DNA of 64,000 nucleotides from Escherichia coli (GTDB lineage Bacteria; Pseudomonadota; Gammaproteobacteria; Enterobacterales; Enterobacteriaceae): NCBI RefSeq assembly GCF_003790525.1, contig NZ_CP033635.1; one strand, 5' to 3'. Shown piece by piece: positions 41,201 to 49,789 of this stretch (position 1 is its first letter; each line of letters starts with the position of its first letter). The notes under the pieces were generated by a model. It saw only the letters and a program-made list of their open reading frames with translations, ran no database searches and was not told where the DNA came from. The position numbers and the translations under genes were made by a program.

Positions 41201-41945
41201 AGATAGGCAAATCAAGGAGGCAATGGATATAGCAAAGAAACTATCACTAAGTGATGAAAATAAAGAAGAACTATTAATTGAATTAGTAAGATTTGATAAT
41301 GTAAAGAACATAAAATCGATTGATATTGATTTTCTTTTGCCTTCAAAGAATGATGAGACGCTATTAAAATTATATTATAATGTAAAACAAAACATCCCGG
41401 AAAACATCGTAAAGAGATATTCTCATATTGATGATATGCCCTATTTTGTTTTTGAGTTTTATTTAGATGAGTTATTGTCAAAAAAAGAATTTGAAGGCTA
41501 TTACGAGTACTTAAACAATTCAAAAAACAAAGTGCAATATCTTGACAATAACATTAATAAATATAAATACATCAAGTGTATCTTTAATATACTCGGCCCT
41601 AATGCTTTTTATGAGGAATTATGTGAAGTATCTAAAGAGGATTGTCTACATAAATCATTTAATTATTTGTTTTTAAATAATATAACTTCTGATGCGGGTT
41701 TTTTTCATAAAATAATAAAGACTTTAATAACTTTTGGGTTACATAATTTTTCTTGTTTGGAAGTTTACAATTACATACTGTACTTTTATAAGCAAGAGCG
41801 GCCTGATCTGGCTAAAGATGTCATGTATATCTTTTCTATTAAACAAAATGAGCGATTTTATAATGATACCAAAAACTGGAAAAGTCATGATGACTATGAC
41901 ACATTAGTTAAAGCGGTATCTGAGCTTGAAAATTCGATGAAATAA
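38211..41945 (+). CDS. Large multidomain capsule polymerase with central TagF-like (CDP-glycerol glycerophosphotransferase family) domain
   Basis: 1244 aa; central block ...GFPRFDNL...LITDYSSVAFDIAYMKTPVIYFQFD... is the hallmark of TagF/TagB-type polyol-phosphate transferases; N-terminal about 450 aa and C-terminal about 400 aa helical region unassigned; AT-rich. Confidence 0.7.
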   Translation: MKIKKIKKLFKNPKSFIADSRYFNFINSKKKVDNKLEIGFIVISQNHDLSRYSIDSIIQANNAASKSFPYIVIHDYDEKCGTDTIHTIVKKLDTPYIKILFDGEKIHRDFIIKFSNHNIDPNNNDIILHAFSTNSNVKQVDGLLSSSKDISFNNQLWKEHAVLLFSTLIIKSDLILNTSKILHHGGRIIDALNVLRIFRECEEMDYVLYLNDMYSFNSASLKLEEKIKVLMEDELLLKITFAEIFEHVSLGGRNVFYRKTLFYFIHNIVLFLLKNKKTDERLHEETKTLIKTQLTDIIRILGVDILKGFSAKNYNHVHKIGYLKLIGVKADKDLCYIEDINSENKIVKVKIASQTDAYPQILLNKEYLIPFTAKVKDLTIFDVNFSHEIYSWFSYDAISQELVIKKENNTEILSGGKHYKKIKIENIIKNFERRDLINSSLPLMSKILRYLHTVSFFQKKFLNAWVFIDNEIRADDNAEHFYRYISQKHPDINIYFLLSKKSVDWERLKKAGFKLVKFGGFYHRLLLLNARYLLSSHANPAIVNYLPKKYYADLMKYKFVFLQHGITKDDQSEWLNSRKIDYLVTASKFEHDDISRRGRYRYTTKEVVLTGFPRFDNLSNVDTRNKQILIMPTWRKELAGELMKKSSKRIKNKDFANSLFCKMWGGVLRSESLYNAYKKKGYTIIFYPHPNLADYISDLNIPDYVKIGSLENESIQSIFKKTNLLITDYSSVAFDIAYMKTPVIYFQFDSDTFFSNHSYSKGYFDYNDFGFGPVVKNINDLSEQLNLIVDNNCNLTDFYMSRIKSFFPFSDNNNSSRLYKVLSVGVNKKHDLETLYNYLLMFTSIIDIEGIALMLNNYKQQLQKILYKEGCDICVVINCLYLIANVIDEPKLNLAIRNLLDGVELTNGALKKNHSFGMNNGVDSHISYIEDQIETLSTIIDTNSKLLRYLIDLHAFLTFFKNEEYVQAVFSFKHLQNNLKLRIDVRIVYIYVLSLLRDRQIKEAMDIAKKLSLSDENKEELLIELVRFDNVKNIKSIDIDFLLPSKNDETLLKLYYNVKQNIPENIVKRYSHIDDMPYFVFEFYLDELLSKKEFEGYYEYLNNSKNKVQYLDNNINKYKYIKCIFNILGPNAFYEELCEVSKEDCLHKSFNYLFLNNITSDAGFFHKIIKTLITFGLHNFSCLEVYNYILYFYKQERPDLAKDVMYIFSIKQNERFYNDTKNWKSHDDYDTLVKAVSELENSMK

Positions 41946-42110
41946 TTATTAACACTAAAGGTAAAAATATAAAACACTTTATCTCCCGCAGCCCAGCCTC
42001 ATCAAAATCAAGCATTTGGATAAATAAAAAGACTGGGTTATTTATCAATAAATTTCTATAATAGCGTAAAATATTAATTAAATTTTTTCCTGATCTATAA
42101 AAATGAAATA

Positions 42111-42797
42111 ATGTTTATGATTACAATTGAAAATCTAACAAAGTCATACAGAACGCCACTCGGACGACACTATATATTTAAAGATTTAAATATTGCATTT
42201 CCATCAGATAAAAGCATAGCCCTCTTAGGGCGAAATGGTGCAGGTAAGTCAACTCTTTTAAGAGTTATTGGAGGCATTGATAGACCAGATAAAGGTACTG
42301 TAATTACGGACAAAACAATTTCTTGGCCTGTTGGATTGTCTGGAGGTTTTCAGGGGAGTTTAACTGGGCGAGAAAATGTCAAGTTTGTTGCTCGATTATA
42401 CTCAAAAGCAAATGAATTAAAAAATAAAATTGAGTTTGTAGAAGAGTTTTCTGAATTAGGGAAATATTTTGATATGCCAATCAAAACCTACTCATCAGGG
42501 ATGAGATCACGGCTTGGTTTTGGTCTAAGCATGGCATTTAATTTTGATTATTATCTTGTTGATGAAATTACTGCAGTTGGTGATGCTAGATTTAAAGAAA
42601 AATGTGCTAAACTTTTTAAAGCAAAGCATTCTGAATCTAATTTCATTATGGTTTCACATAGCTTGCATTCCTTAAAAGAGTTTTGTGATGTTGCTATATA
42701 TTTAGGTAGAAACAACATGGTTTACTATTTTGATGATGTTGATTATGCGATTAAACAATATTTGATTGATGAAAAAATAAATCCACGGTCAAATTAA
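42111..42797 (+). CDS. kpsT: Capsule polysaccharide export ABC transporter ATP-binding protein KpsT
   Basis: Walker A GRNGAGKST, signature YSSGMRSRLGF; near-identical N-terminus to KpsT (ITIENLTKSYRTP); true start probably the second ATG (MITIENL). Confidence 0.93.
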   Translation: MFMITIENLTKSYRTPLGRHYIFKDLNIAFPSDKSIALLGRNGAGKSTLLRVIGGIDRPDKGTVITDKTISWPVGLSGGFQGSLTGRENVKFVARLYSKANELKNKIEFVEEFSELGKYFDMPIKTYSSGMRSRLGFGLSMAFNFDYYLVDEITAVGDARFKEKCAKLFKAKHSESNFIMVSHSLHSLKEFCDVAIYLGRNNMVYYFDDVDYAIKQYLIDEKINPRSN

Positions 42798-43004
42798 ATT
42801 GATATATGATAAAACCTTTAAATTTAAAAGAAATGACCGCATTTTAAATCTGGTTTAGTGTTTTTTCAAAAATGTGATAGACGGTTATGCTTTTTCACCT
42901 CATTAAAATACTTTCTGATATATTTATGGATATTTCTAATGCCTGCTTGTTAAACATAAATCCTACTTTTCTATGATATAGTATCTTATTATGTAAATTT
43001 ATCT

Positions 43005-45506
43005 TTGGAAATCATAATGGCGCATAACTTTTCTTCAGTACTCGAAAATCATAACGAAGATATCAACATCTGCATCTCTAAATTTGATATTAACATTGAT
43101 AATTATTCCGTATTTACTCCTAAGGAGTTGAATATAAAAGGTGATGATAGTAATAAGGTTTATATAAAAGGTAATAAGCTTCCTGTAGGTATTGAAATAA
43201 TATTTACAGATAAAGCAAAAAAATGTAACGTTTTCATCGATGAAAACATTAAAGCTAAAGCTAGTAAAATATCATTAAAAAATGAAAATAACTTTCTTTA
43301 TCTTGGCCGAAATTGCACACTGAATAATATTGGAGCAGTTATTTTAGGTCGTAATGATTTTATAATTGTTGGTGAGAGTGTTTCGGTAACAGCTCATAAT
43401 ACTTGGAGCACCGGTTTTAATTCAGGAAAAGATAATAATGGACTTATTATAGGAGATCATTGTCTTATCGCATCTGAAATTATAATCCGCCCAGGTGACG
43501 GACATCTTGTAATTGATACCAATACTGGTCAACAATTAAATGTTTCACATAAACCTATAGTAATCGAGCCTTATTGCTGGATTGCTCAAAGAGCTGCAAT
43601 TTTAAAAAATGTACGTATAGGTGCATGTTCAATAATTTCCTTGGGAGCTGTAGTTACAAAATCATGTAACCGGTTTAGCCTTCTTTCTGGAGTACCTGCG
43701 AAAGCTGTGCCTCTAGGAGGCAAAATGTGGTTAAGAGGTCCTGGTAAAGAAGCAAAAGCTATCCAACAATATTATAAGGATAAGTTTAGTTGCCCGGCAT
43801 CTAATACAGAATTAGTTATCCAGAAACAAGAACAAAGTAATCTGAAAGGGACGATATCAGATTCATTAATGAACTGGGAGTTTATACGCACTACACAGAT
43901 TATCAATCGAATTGTCTCTGTTGATAACCCTGATTTTGGTCTGGCTGTAAAATATTATTTGGATCTAGGATATTTAGATGCAGCGTTCTCGTTGTTAGAT
44001 GATTTTGAGAGAAAACACGGATGTTGTATAAAAAATTATCCTGGGAATCATATTGAAAACTGGAGCTCAGTAATATATTGCTCACGTCTTAAAGACAGAA
44101 TTAGAATAAATTCTAAATTAAACAGCACAACACCTTTTTTTACTCAAATGCTCGTGTGTTGTGTGAGGAATGAGTTGGATGAGGTATTTGTATCATTAAA
44201 AAAACTCTGGAATCATATTATAAGCAAAGATATCGATGCCGAATCGAATATGATTCTTAGCTATGCCGTTCTGAAACTTATTGACCACTGTAAACTTGAT
44301 GATGAACTTGGTATAAAAATATCTTTACATTTACACTCGGCAAAAAACATCAATATTTATAGACGTCGACATTTGCTTAAAGAACTAATTGTTTATTTTT
44401 CATCCATTAATAATACAAGCTTTTTTTCATTACCTAAAGCATTTACTAACCATTTGCATAAAATATCAAATACACTTCAATCTTATAGTAACCGAGAAGT
44501 TGGTGCAAAATATCTTAATAAAATATTTATAGAGAATATTAGAACCAACAACAACTTCTCAATAAAAAGATATGCAAGATGTCCAAAGCGTACAGCAATT
44601 TGTGTCTCTGGTATGATGAAAATTGATGATTCAGCCATGCGCTCATTATATCAAAAAATCGCAGAACCATTAAATGCTGATATATTTTTGCATACATGGG
44701 ATAAGATCCAAGTTTGGAGCGGAGAGGCTCGTAAGTCTGGATTTTGGCAACGGCAATTCAAACTTCCTGATAATAAAATACCTCATCCATTAAGAGACAT
44801 TGATAAATTTAAAGAGAAATTCCCTCGTACAGGTAATTTGCTTCTAAGTACAATTACTGATGATATTAATGTTCACTTTTCCGCTACACACCCTTTAATA
44901 AAAATGAGTGTCATTGAAAATGAAGATGTCGCTCTTCATAATTGGTTAAATAATAAATCATTTATGAGCAGGGGGAACTATAATCAGTTTAAAATGTATT
45001 ATGGTATTAAACGAGTATTTGAACTATTAAAAGAATATGAAGAAAATAATGGCTTTAAATATGATGTCATTATAAGAACTCGCCCAGATATGTTTATTAC
45101 GAAAGAGTTCGATATAGAACGACTTAACCAAGCTAAAGAAAATAGCATTGTCGTTAATTGTGGAAGTGTGGGACCCAATGATGGTATTTTTTATGCGCTC
45201 AGGCAGGATTATGAAAAGATAGTATCAATATGGGATGAGATGCTACAGTCAGAAAGTTTGAGTCCTTTCTTAAATTTTGAAAAGTATGATTCGCATGTTC
45301 TTTTGTATGCATGGCTATGCCATAAAAATATAGAGATGATAAATATAGATGATATATTTTATGACTTGGCAATCATATCAACTTCGGCTAAAATCCCTGG
45401 GCTCAGACAAGCTCTTGAAGAGGATCTTATTAATTTTGATAAAAACTTAAAGGAGCAGAAGCAATATACTGATTTATTCAATTTTCTATTGAGTCGCTCT
45501 AAGTGA
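43005..45506 (+). CDS. Large region 2 protein: N-terminal left-handed beta-helix (hexapeptide-repeat) acyl/acetyltransferase domain fused to a C-terminal domain of unknown function
   Basis: 833 aa; hexapeptide-like repeats (IIGDHCLIASEIIIRPGDGHLVI...IGACSIISLGAVV); C-terminal about 550 aa has no motif I can assign; AT-rich. Confidence 0.55.
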   Translation: MEIIMAHNFSSVLENHNEDINICISKFDINIDNYSVFTPKELNIKGDDSNKVYIKGNKLPVGIEIIFTDKAKKCNVFIDENIKAKASKISLKNENNFLYLGRNCTLNNIGAVILGRNDFIIVGESVSVTAHNTWSTGFNSGKDNNGLIIGDHCLIASEIIIRPGDGHLVIDTNTGQQLNVSHKPIVIEPYCWIAQRAAILKNVRIGACSIISLGAVVTKSCNRFSLLSGVPAKAVPLGGKMWLRGPGKEAKAIQQYYKDKFSCPASNTELVIQKQEQSNLKGTISDSLMNWEFIRTTQIINRIVSVDNPDFGLAVKYYLDLGYLDAAFSLLDDFERKHGCCIKNYPGNHIENWSSVIYCSRLKDRIRINSKLNSTTPFFTQMLVCCVRNELDEVFVSLKKLWNHIISKDIDAESNMILSYAVLKLIDHCKLDDELGIKISLHLHSAKNINIYRRRHLLKELIVYFSSINNTSFFSLPKAFTNHLHKISNTLQSYSNREVGAKYLNKIFIENIRTNNNFSIKRYARCPKRTAICVSGMMKIDDSAMRSLYQKIAEPLNADIFLHTWDKIQVWSGEARKSGFWQRQFKLPDNKIPHPLRDIDKFKEKFPRTGNLLLSTITDDINVHFSATHPLIKMSVIENEDVALHNWLNNKSFMSRGNYNQFKMYYGIKRVFELLKEYEENNGFKYDVIIRTRPDMFITKEFDIERLNQAKENSIVVNCGSVGPNDGIFYALRQDYEKIVSIWDEMLQSESLSPFLNFEKYDSHVLLYAWLCHKNIEMINIDDIFYDLAIISTSAKIPGLRQALEEDLINFDKNLKEQKQYTDLFNFLLSRSK

Positions 45507-45543
45507 ACCATTATTAATAAATACTGTTTAATAAGGTGATAGT

Positions 45544-46290
45544 ATGTTTGTTATAACAATGGCTGGCTTAAGTAGTCGTTTTTTTAATGCCGGTTATACT
45601 GTGCCAAAATATCAACTGCCACTACATGGACAAACTGTTTTTTATCACTCCATAAATTCGTTTCACAACTATTTTCACAGTGATGATTTTATTTTTATAA
45701 TAAGAAACATATTTGAAACATCTGTATTTATAAAATCAGAATGTAAAAAACTAGGGATAAAGAATTTCGAGATAATTACTTTGGACAAAGAAACTAGAGG
45801 GCAGGCAGAGTCAGCATATATTGGATTAAAAGATATTAATTATACTGATGGTATATATATATTCAATATAGATACTATTAGACATGATTACACCAAACCT
45901 GACTTTATTAATAATTGTGATGGATATCTTGAAGTTTTTGAGGGGGAGGGTAAACATTGGTCATTTATACTCCCAGATCAGAATGGAAATGTTTCTCGCA
46001 CTACTGAAAAAATAAGAATATCTAATTTATGCAGCGATGGATTATATTATTTCAAGGATAAGTATATATTTGAGAGTGCTTTTAATAACGCTGTGAAAAA
46101 AAACAATGAAATAGCAGGGGAATATTATGTGGCTCCTCTTTATAATACATTAATACAAGATGGTAAAGTTATAAAATACGAACTTGTAAATAATTCATTT
46201 ATTGATTTCTGTGGTACTCCTGAAGAATATAATCTTTTATTATCCCAACCATATAAATTTGTGAAAAAATATGAAGAGAATAATTTTTGA
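45544..46290 (+). CDS. Nucleotidyltransferase-fold (GT-A like) protein, region 2
   Basis: 248 aa; N-terminal ITMAGLSSRF resembles the G-x-G-(T/S)-R nucleotide-binding loop of sugar-phosphate nucleotidyltransferases; assignment tentative. Confidence 0.4.
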   Translation: MFVITMAGLSSRFFNAGYTVPKYQLPLHGQTVFYHSINSFHNYFHSDDFIFIIRNIFETSVFIKSECKKLGIKNFEIITLDKETRGQAESAYIGLKDINYTDGIYIFNIDTIRHDYTKPDFINNCDGYLEVFEGEGKHWSFILPDQNGNVSRTTEKIRISNLCSDGLYYFKDKYIFESAFNNAVKKNNEIAGEYYVAPLYNTLIQDGKVIKYELVNNSFIDFCGTPEEYNLLLSQPYKFVKKYEENNF

Positions 46291-46642
46291 TATCGATAAT
46301 ACTCTTTCATTTACTACCAATGGAGATTATAAGAATGCAGAGCCAAATATACCTTTGATAGAAAAACTGAGAGAATATAAAGGAAAAGGTTACGAGATTA
46401 TACTTTCCACGAGTAGAAATATGCGAACCTATAATAGTAATATAGGAAAGATTACAGCAGTAACTTTACCTATAATTGTAGAGTGGCTAGAAAAAAATAA
46501 TGTACCTTATGATGAAATTTATGTCGGTAAACCATGGTGCGGTCATGAGGGATTCTATGTGGATGATAAGGCCATTCGTCCCAATGAATTTGTTAACTTA
46601 AGTCATAATGAGATAAAAAAATTGACAGGTATTAAATCATGA
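46271..46642 (+). CDS. HAD-superfamily phosphatase-like small protein
   Basis: 123 aa; N-terminal IIFDIDNTL (DxDxT catalytic motif of HAD hydrolases); overlaps neighbours (translational coupling). Confidence 0.6.
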   Translation: MKRIIFDIDNTLSFTTNGDYKNAEPNIPLIEKLREYKGKGYEIILSTSRNMRTYNSNIGKITAVTLPIIVEWLEKNNVPYDEIYVGKPWCGHEGFYVDDKAIRPNEFVNLSHNEIKKLTGIKS

Positions 46643-48216
46643 TTTTGATTACTTCGGCTGCCTATATTTCTAATGAATTGAGAATTGAGTTTGGAGTTAT
46701 CCCTCCATGTTTATTACCCATCGGTAATCGTACTTTATTAGAGTATCAAGCAGAATCAATTCGTAAAATAAGCAACGAGAAAATTTTTTTGACTTTGCCA
46801 GAGGATTACTGCCTATCAAATTTTGAAGAACGATTACTAGACTCGCTAAATATACGAGCCATCTACTTATCACCAAATTTAAGCTTAGGTGAGTCTATTT
46901 ATCAAGCACTTGATAGTATAGGTGATTATACTTTTTCATCCGATGGTCTCAAGCTGTTACATGGTGATACTCTGATTAATGATTTAACTAATCAGAATGA
47001 TATTATTGCTGTGGCACCATCTTCAGATGATTATTTTTGGGAAAAAGAAGAACATACATATGAGAACCTTGCCTGGTGCGGTTATTTTACATTTTCTATG
47101 CCTAATATATTTAAGGGATTTTTAGAAGCATCAAGATTCAATTTTGTACAAGCAGTTCGTTCTTATGATGAAGTAATCCACCTCAGTCGTATGAAACCAA
47201 AAAGCTGGGATGATCTAGGGCATTTAAATACTTATTTTATTTCTCGATCTAACATTACTACTCAGAGAGCATTTAATGAAATGCGTATTCAACATGGGAT
47301 GGTATGGAAATCAAGCAAAAACAACAAAAAAATTCTTGCTGAAACGAATTGGTATAAAAAAATCCCAGCCTTACTAAAATCTTTTACACCTCAGTTGATC
47401 GAAGACGGTATTTACAACAAAACTGGAAATTATTTCTACACATTAGAATATTTACCATATATCCCATTAAATGAAATATTTGTTCACGGCAAAAATCCAG
47501 ATTTTTTTTGGAGGAAAATTTTCAATATTATCAAAGAATACTTATTCAAAGCTAATAGTGCACTGACAAATATTAGTCAAACTAATATTGGTGAAAAAAT
47601 AGCCATTGATTCTGAAGCGTTATATAGGACTAAAACATTTGTTAGACTCACAGAGTATGCCGTTGAGAATAATATATCAATCGATAAGCCTGTTTTTTAC
47701 GATAACAGAAGATTACCTTCATTACACGATATAGCTAGTGATTGTATAGACCGAACTACTCAGCTACCAATTGTACCTTCAATTCTTCATGGGGATCTTT
47801 GCTTTAGTAATATTCTTTTCAACTCTCGTCTTAACAGCATTAAAGTGTTGGATCCTCGTGGTATAAGCCATAATGGTGAAGAGACCATTCTTGGTGACCA
47901 AAAATATGATCTGGCAAAACTCTGCCATTCAGTAATAGGACTTTATGATTATGTAATTTCCGGAAGATATCATTTAGATGGGGATCTATTTAATAATGCT
48001 GTTATAAGGTTTGATATAGATACACGAATTAAGAGTATTCAGCAAGAATTTTATGAATATAAATTCTTGTCTAATATTAGTGTTGGAGAAATAATGCCTC
48101 TTACTACTTTGCTATTTTTGTCTATGCTGCCCCTTCATAGCGATCGTCCGGATCGTCAAAAAGCTATGCTGTTTAATGCACTGCGGATATATTCTACATA
48201 TGTTTACGATGTTTAA
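46639..48216 (+). CDS. Bifunctional nucleotidyltransferase / APH-choline-kinase-like kinase
   Basis: 525 aa; N-terminus LLPIGNRTLLEYQ resembles LicC-type nucleotidyltransferases; C-terminus has protein-kinase-like catalytic loop HGDLCFSNILF and VLDPRG as in aminoglycoside/choline kinases. Confidence 0.55.
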   Translation: MILITSAAYISNELRIEFGVIPPCLLPIGNRTLLEYQAESIRKISNEKIFLTLPEDYCLSNFEERLLDSLNIRAIYLSPNLSLGESIYQALDSIGDYTFSSDGLKLLHGDTLINDLTNQNDIIAVAPSSDDYFWEKEEHTYENLAWCGYFTFSMPNIFKGFLEASRFNFVQAVRSYDEVIHLSRMKPKSWDDLGHLNTYFISRSNITTQRAFNEMRIQHGMVWKSSKNNKKILAETNWYKKIPALLKSFTPQLIEDGIYNKTGNYFYTLEYLPYIPLNEIFVHGKNPDFFWRKIFNIIKEYLFKANSALTNISQTNIGEKIAIDSEALYRTKTFVRLTEYAVENNISIDKPVFYDNRRLPSLHDIASDCIDRTTQLPIVPSILHGDLCFSNILFNSRLNSIKVLDPRGISHNGEETILGDQKYDLAKLCHSVIGLYDYVISGRYHLDGDLFNNAVIRFDIDTRIKSIQQEFYEYKFLSNISVGEIMPLTTLLFLSMLPLHSDRPDRQKAMLFNALRIYSTYVYDV

Positions 48217-48429
48217 TATAAACAATTTATATTATTTAAAATATTAAATTGGAAATTGTGTTAATTTAATTTGTTAGTGTTTTATGATTTATTTAAATAT
48301 TGGATTAGTGGCCTTTTCATCAAATTAACACATTAATTTTTTTTGTGTTCTGAATGTAATGGATTACTAACTTTAATAAAGCACTGCTATTATATATTTG
48401 TAATATACTGCAGTGCTTTTGTAAATTAC

Positions 48430-49600
48430 CCGTTTTAGTTCCAAGCATTTTTGATATACTGAAAAATAATGGTGTTGCCGATATTCCTCCTGCGTTATAA
48501 TGTTCAGTGATTCATGCGGGTGTTCAACTTATATTCTAACAACCAAGTTTCCGTGATTTCCCGTACGTCATTCAGCATTATGAACAGATAAAAATCGAGT
48601 ATTTCTGTACGGTATGTCAGGTTAAAATGTTCAATGAAAGCATTCAGCGTCGGTTTACTTGTTTGGATAAACTCCAGTTTTACTACGTGTTTCTCTGCTC
48701 ATTCAGCCAGTGCCAGAAAGAGAAATTCCGGGTAGTTATCTACGCGAAGTATGATCGGATAGCTACAGTTTGCTGCGATACTGTCGGGTACACTTACCAC
48801 TCGTGGAACTGGCAGACGCCGATCGATTTCAATCGATAACGTCTCACGGTTTTAAAGCTATCAACGATATTGAACGTGCGAAAACGGCGAACACAGACCA
48901 GAGCATCATGCATAAAATCGACAGATCATCGTAGGTTCAGCGTTTCCGGTATGTTAGTGGCGAGGGATTACGCACCGGCAACCGCTGTTTGCCCTCACGG
49001 CGAAAATTCAGCTTCAGCAGACAGTAAATTCGGTGGATCCATTTGTGATTCCACTAATACCCCTGCAGCCGTAAAATCTGGAAAAGTTTCGGAAAATCGT
49101 ATCGAGGATAACGCTCTGCCACCGCCGGCAAGGCGACAATAATGAGTTCGTTACGCGTGGTATCTGGAGGATAAAGATAAACCGTTCTGCTCAGGTTCAG
49201 ACTCCGGCAGGCCTGACTGATACTGAGTCCGATCGTCGTTATCAGGTGAGTGACCTGCTCACGCTTAAAGACTGGTTTTAAAGCTTTTTTCGATAACGTC
49301 TTTCAGTGCCCGGCTCTCCAGCCTCACTCCGGCAAACATCTGTTTGAGACGGTGGTTCCCGTCTTTAAGCTCCTTGATCTTTTTAATATCAGAAGCCTCC
49401 ATGCTGCCGTACTTGGACATTCAGTTGTAGTGGGTGGCTTCAGAAGTACCAGCCTCCCGGCAGATATCTTTTAACAGTTCGTCCGGATTCAACCGTTTTA
49501 ATGGCGGCCATGAGCTGACACTCAGTAAAACGGGCTTTACGCATAACGATTACCTTCATCGGTAGATTGGGTATGCCGGAGGATCTCTAAATATGAATGA
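48430..49600 (-). mobile_element. Decayed IS3-family insertion sequence remnant (orfA with premature TGA, fragmented orfB)
   Basis: Minus-strand translation gives MRKARFTECQLMAAIKRLNPDELLKDICREAGTSEATHYN*MSKYGSMEASDIKKIKELK... (IS3 OrfA-like) and DNYPEFLFLALAE*AEKHVVKLEFIQTSKPTLNAFIEHFNLTYRTEILD (IS3 OrfB C-terminus, compare DNGPEF...IQPGKPQQNAFIERFN) with in-frame stops and deletions; boundaries approximate. Confidence 0.6.
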
Positions 49601-49789
49601 CACAATTATGCAGGATACTTAAATAATAAGTTCACATTATGTGATACACAGTGTTTCGCCGCTCTTGATAGTTTTATTGTTCAGGGAATATAGAATGGCA
49701 TAATATTAACTTAGCAGTAATTAATTAGATGTATTTAAGATATAATATATTGAAGGTAATTACAGTAACCATGACTTGTAATACTTATG

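Noticed and set aside
48627..49474. Plus-strand ORFs 48627..48839, 48870..49142, 49250..49474
   Set aside because: They are antisense to the decayed IS3-family transposase frames, which give the only recognisable translations in this segment.
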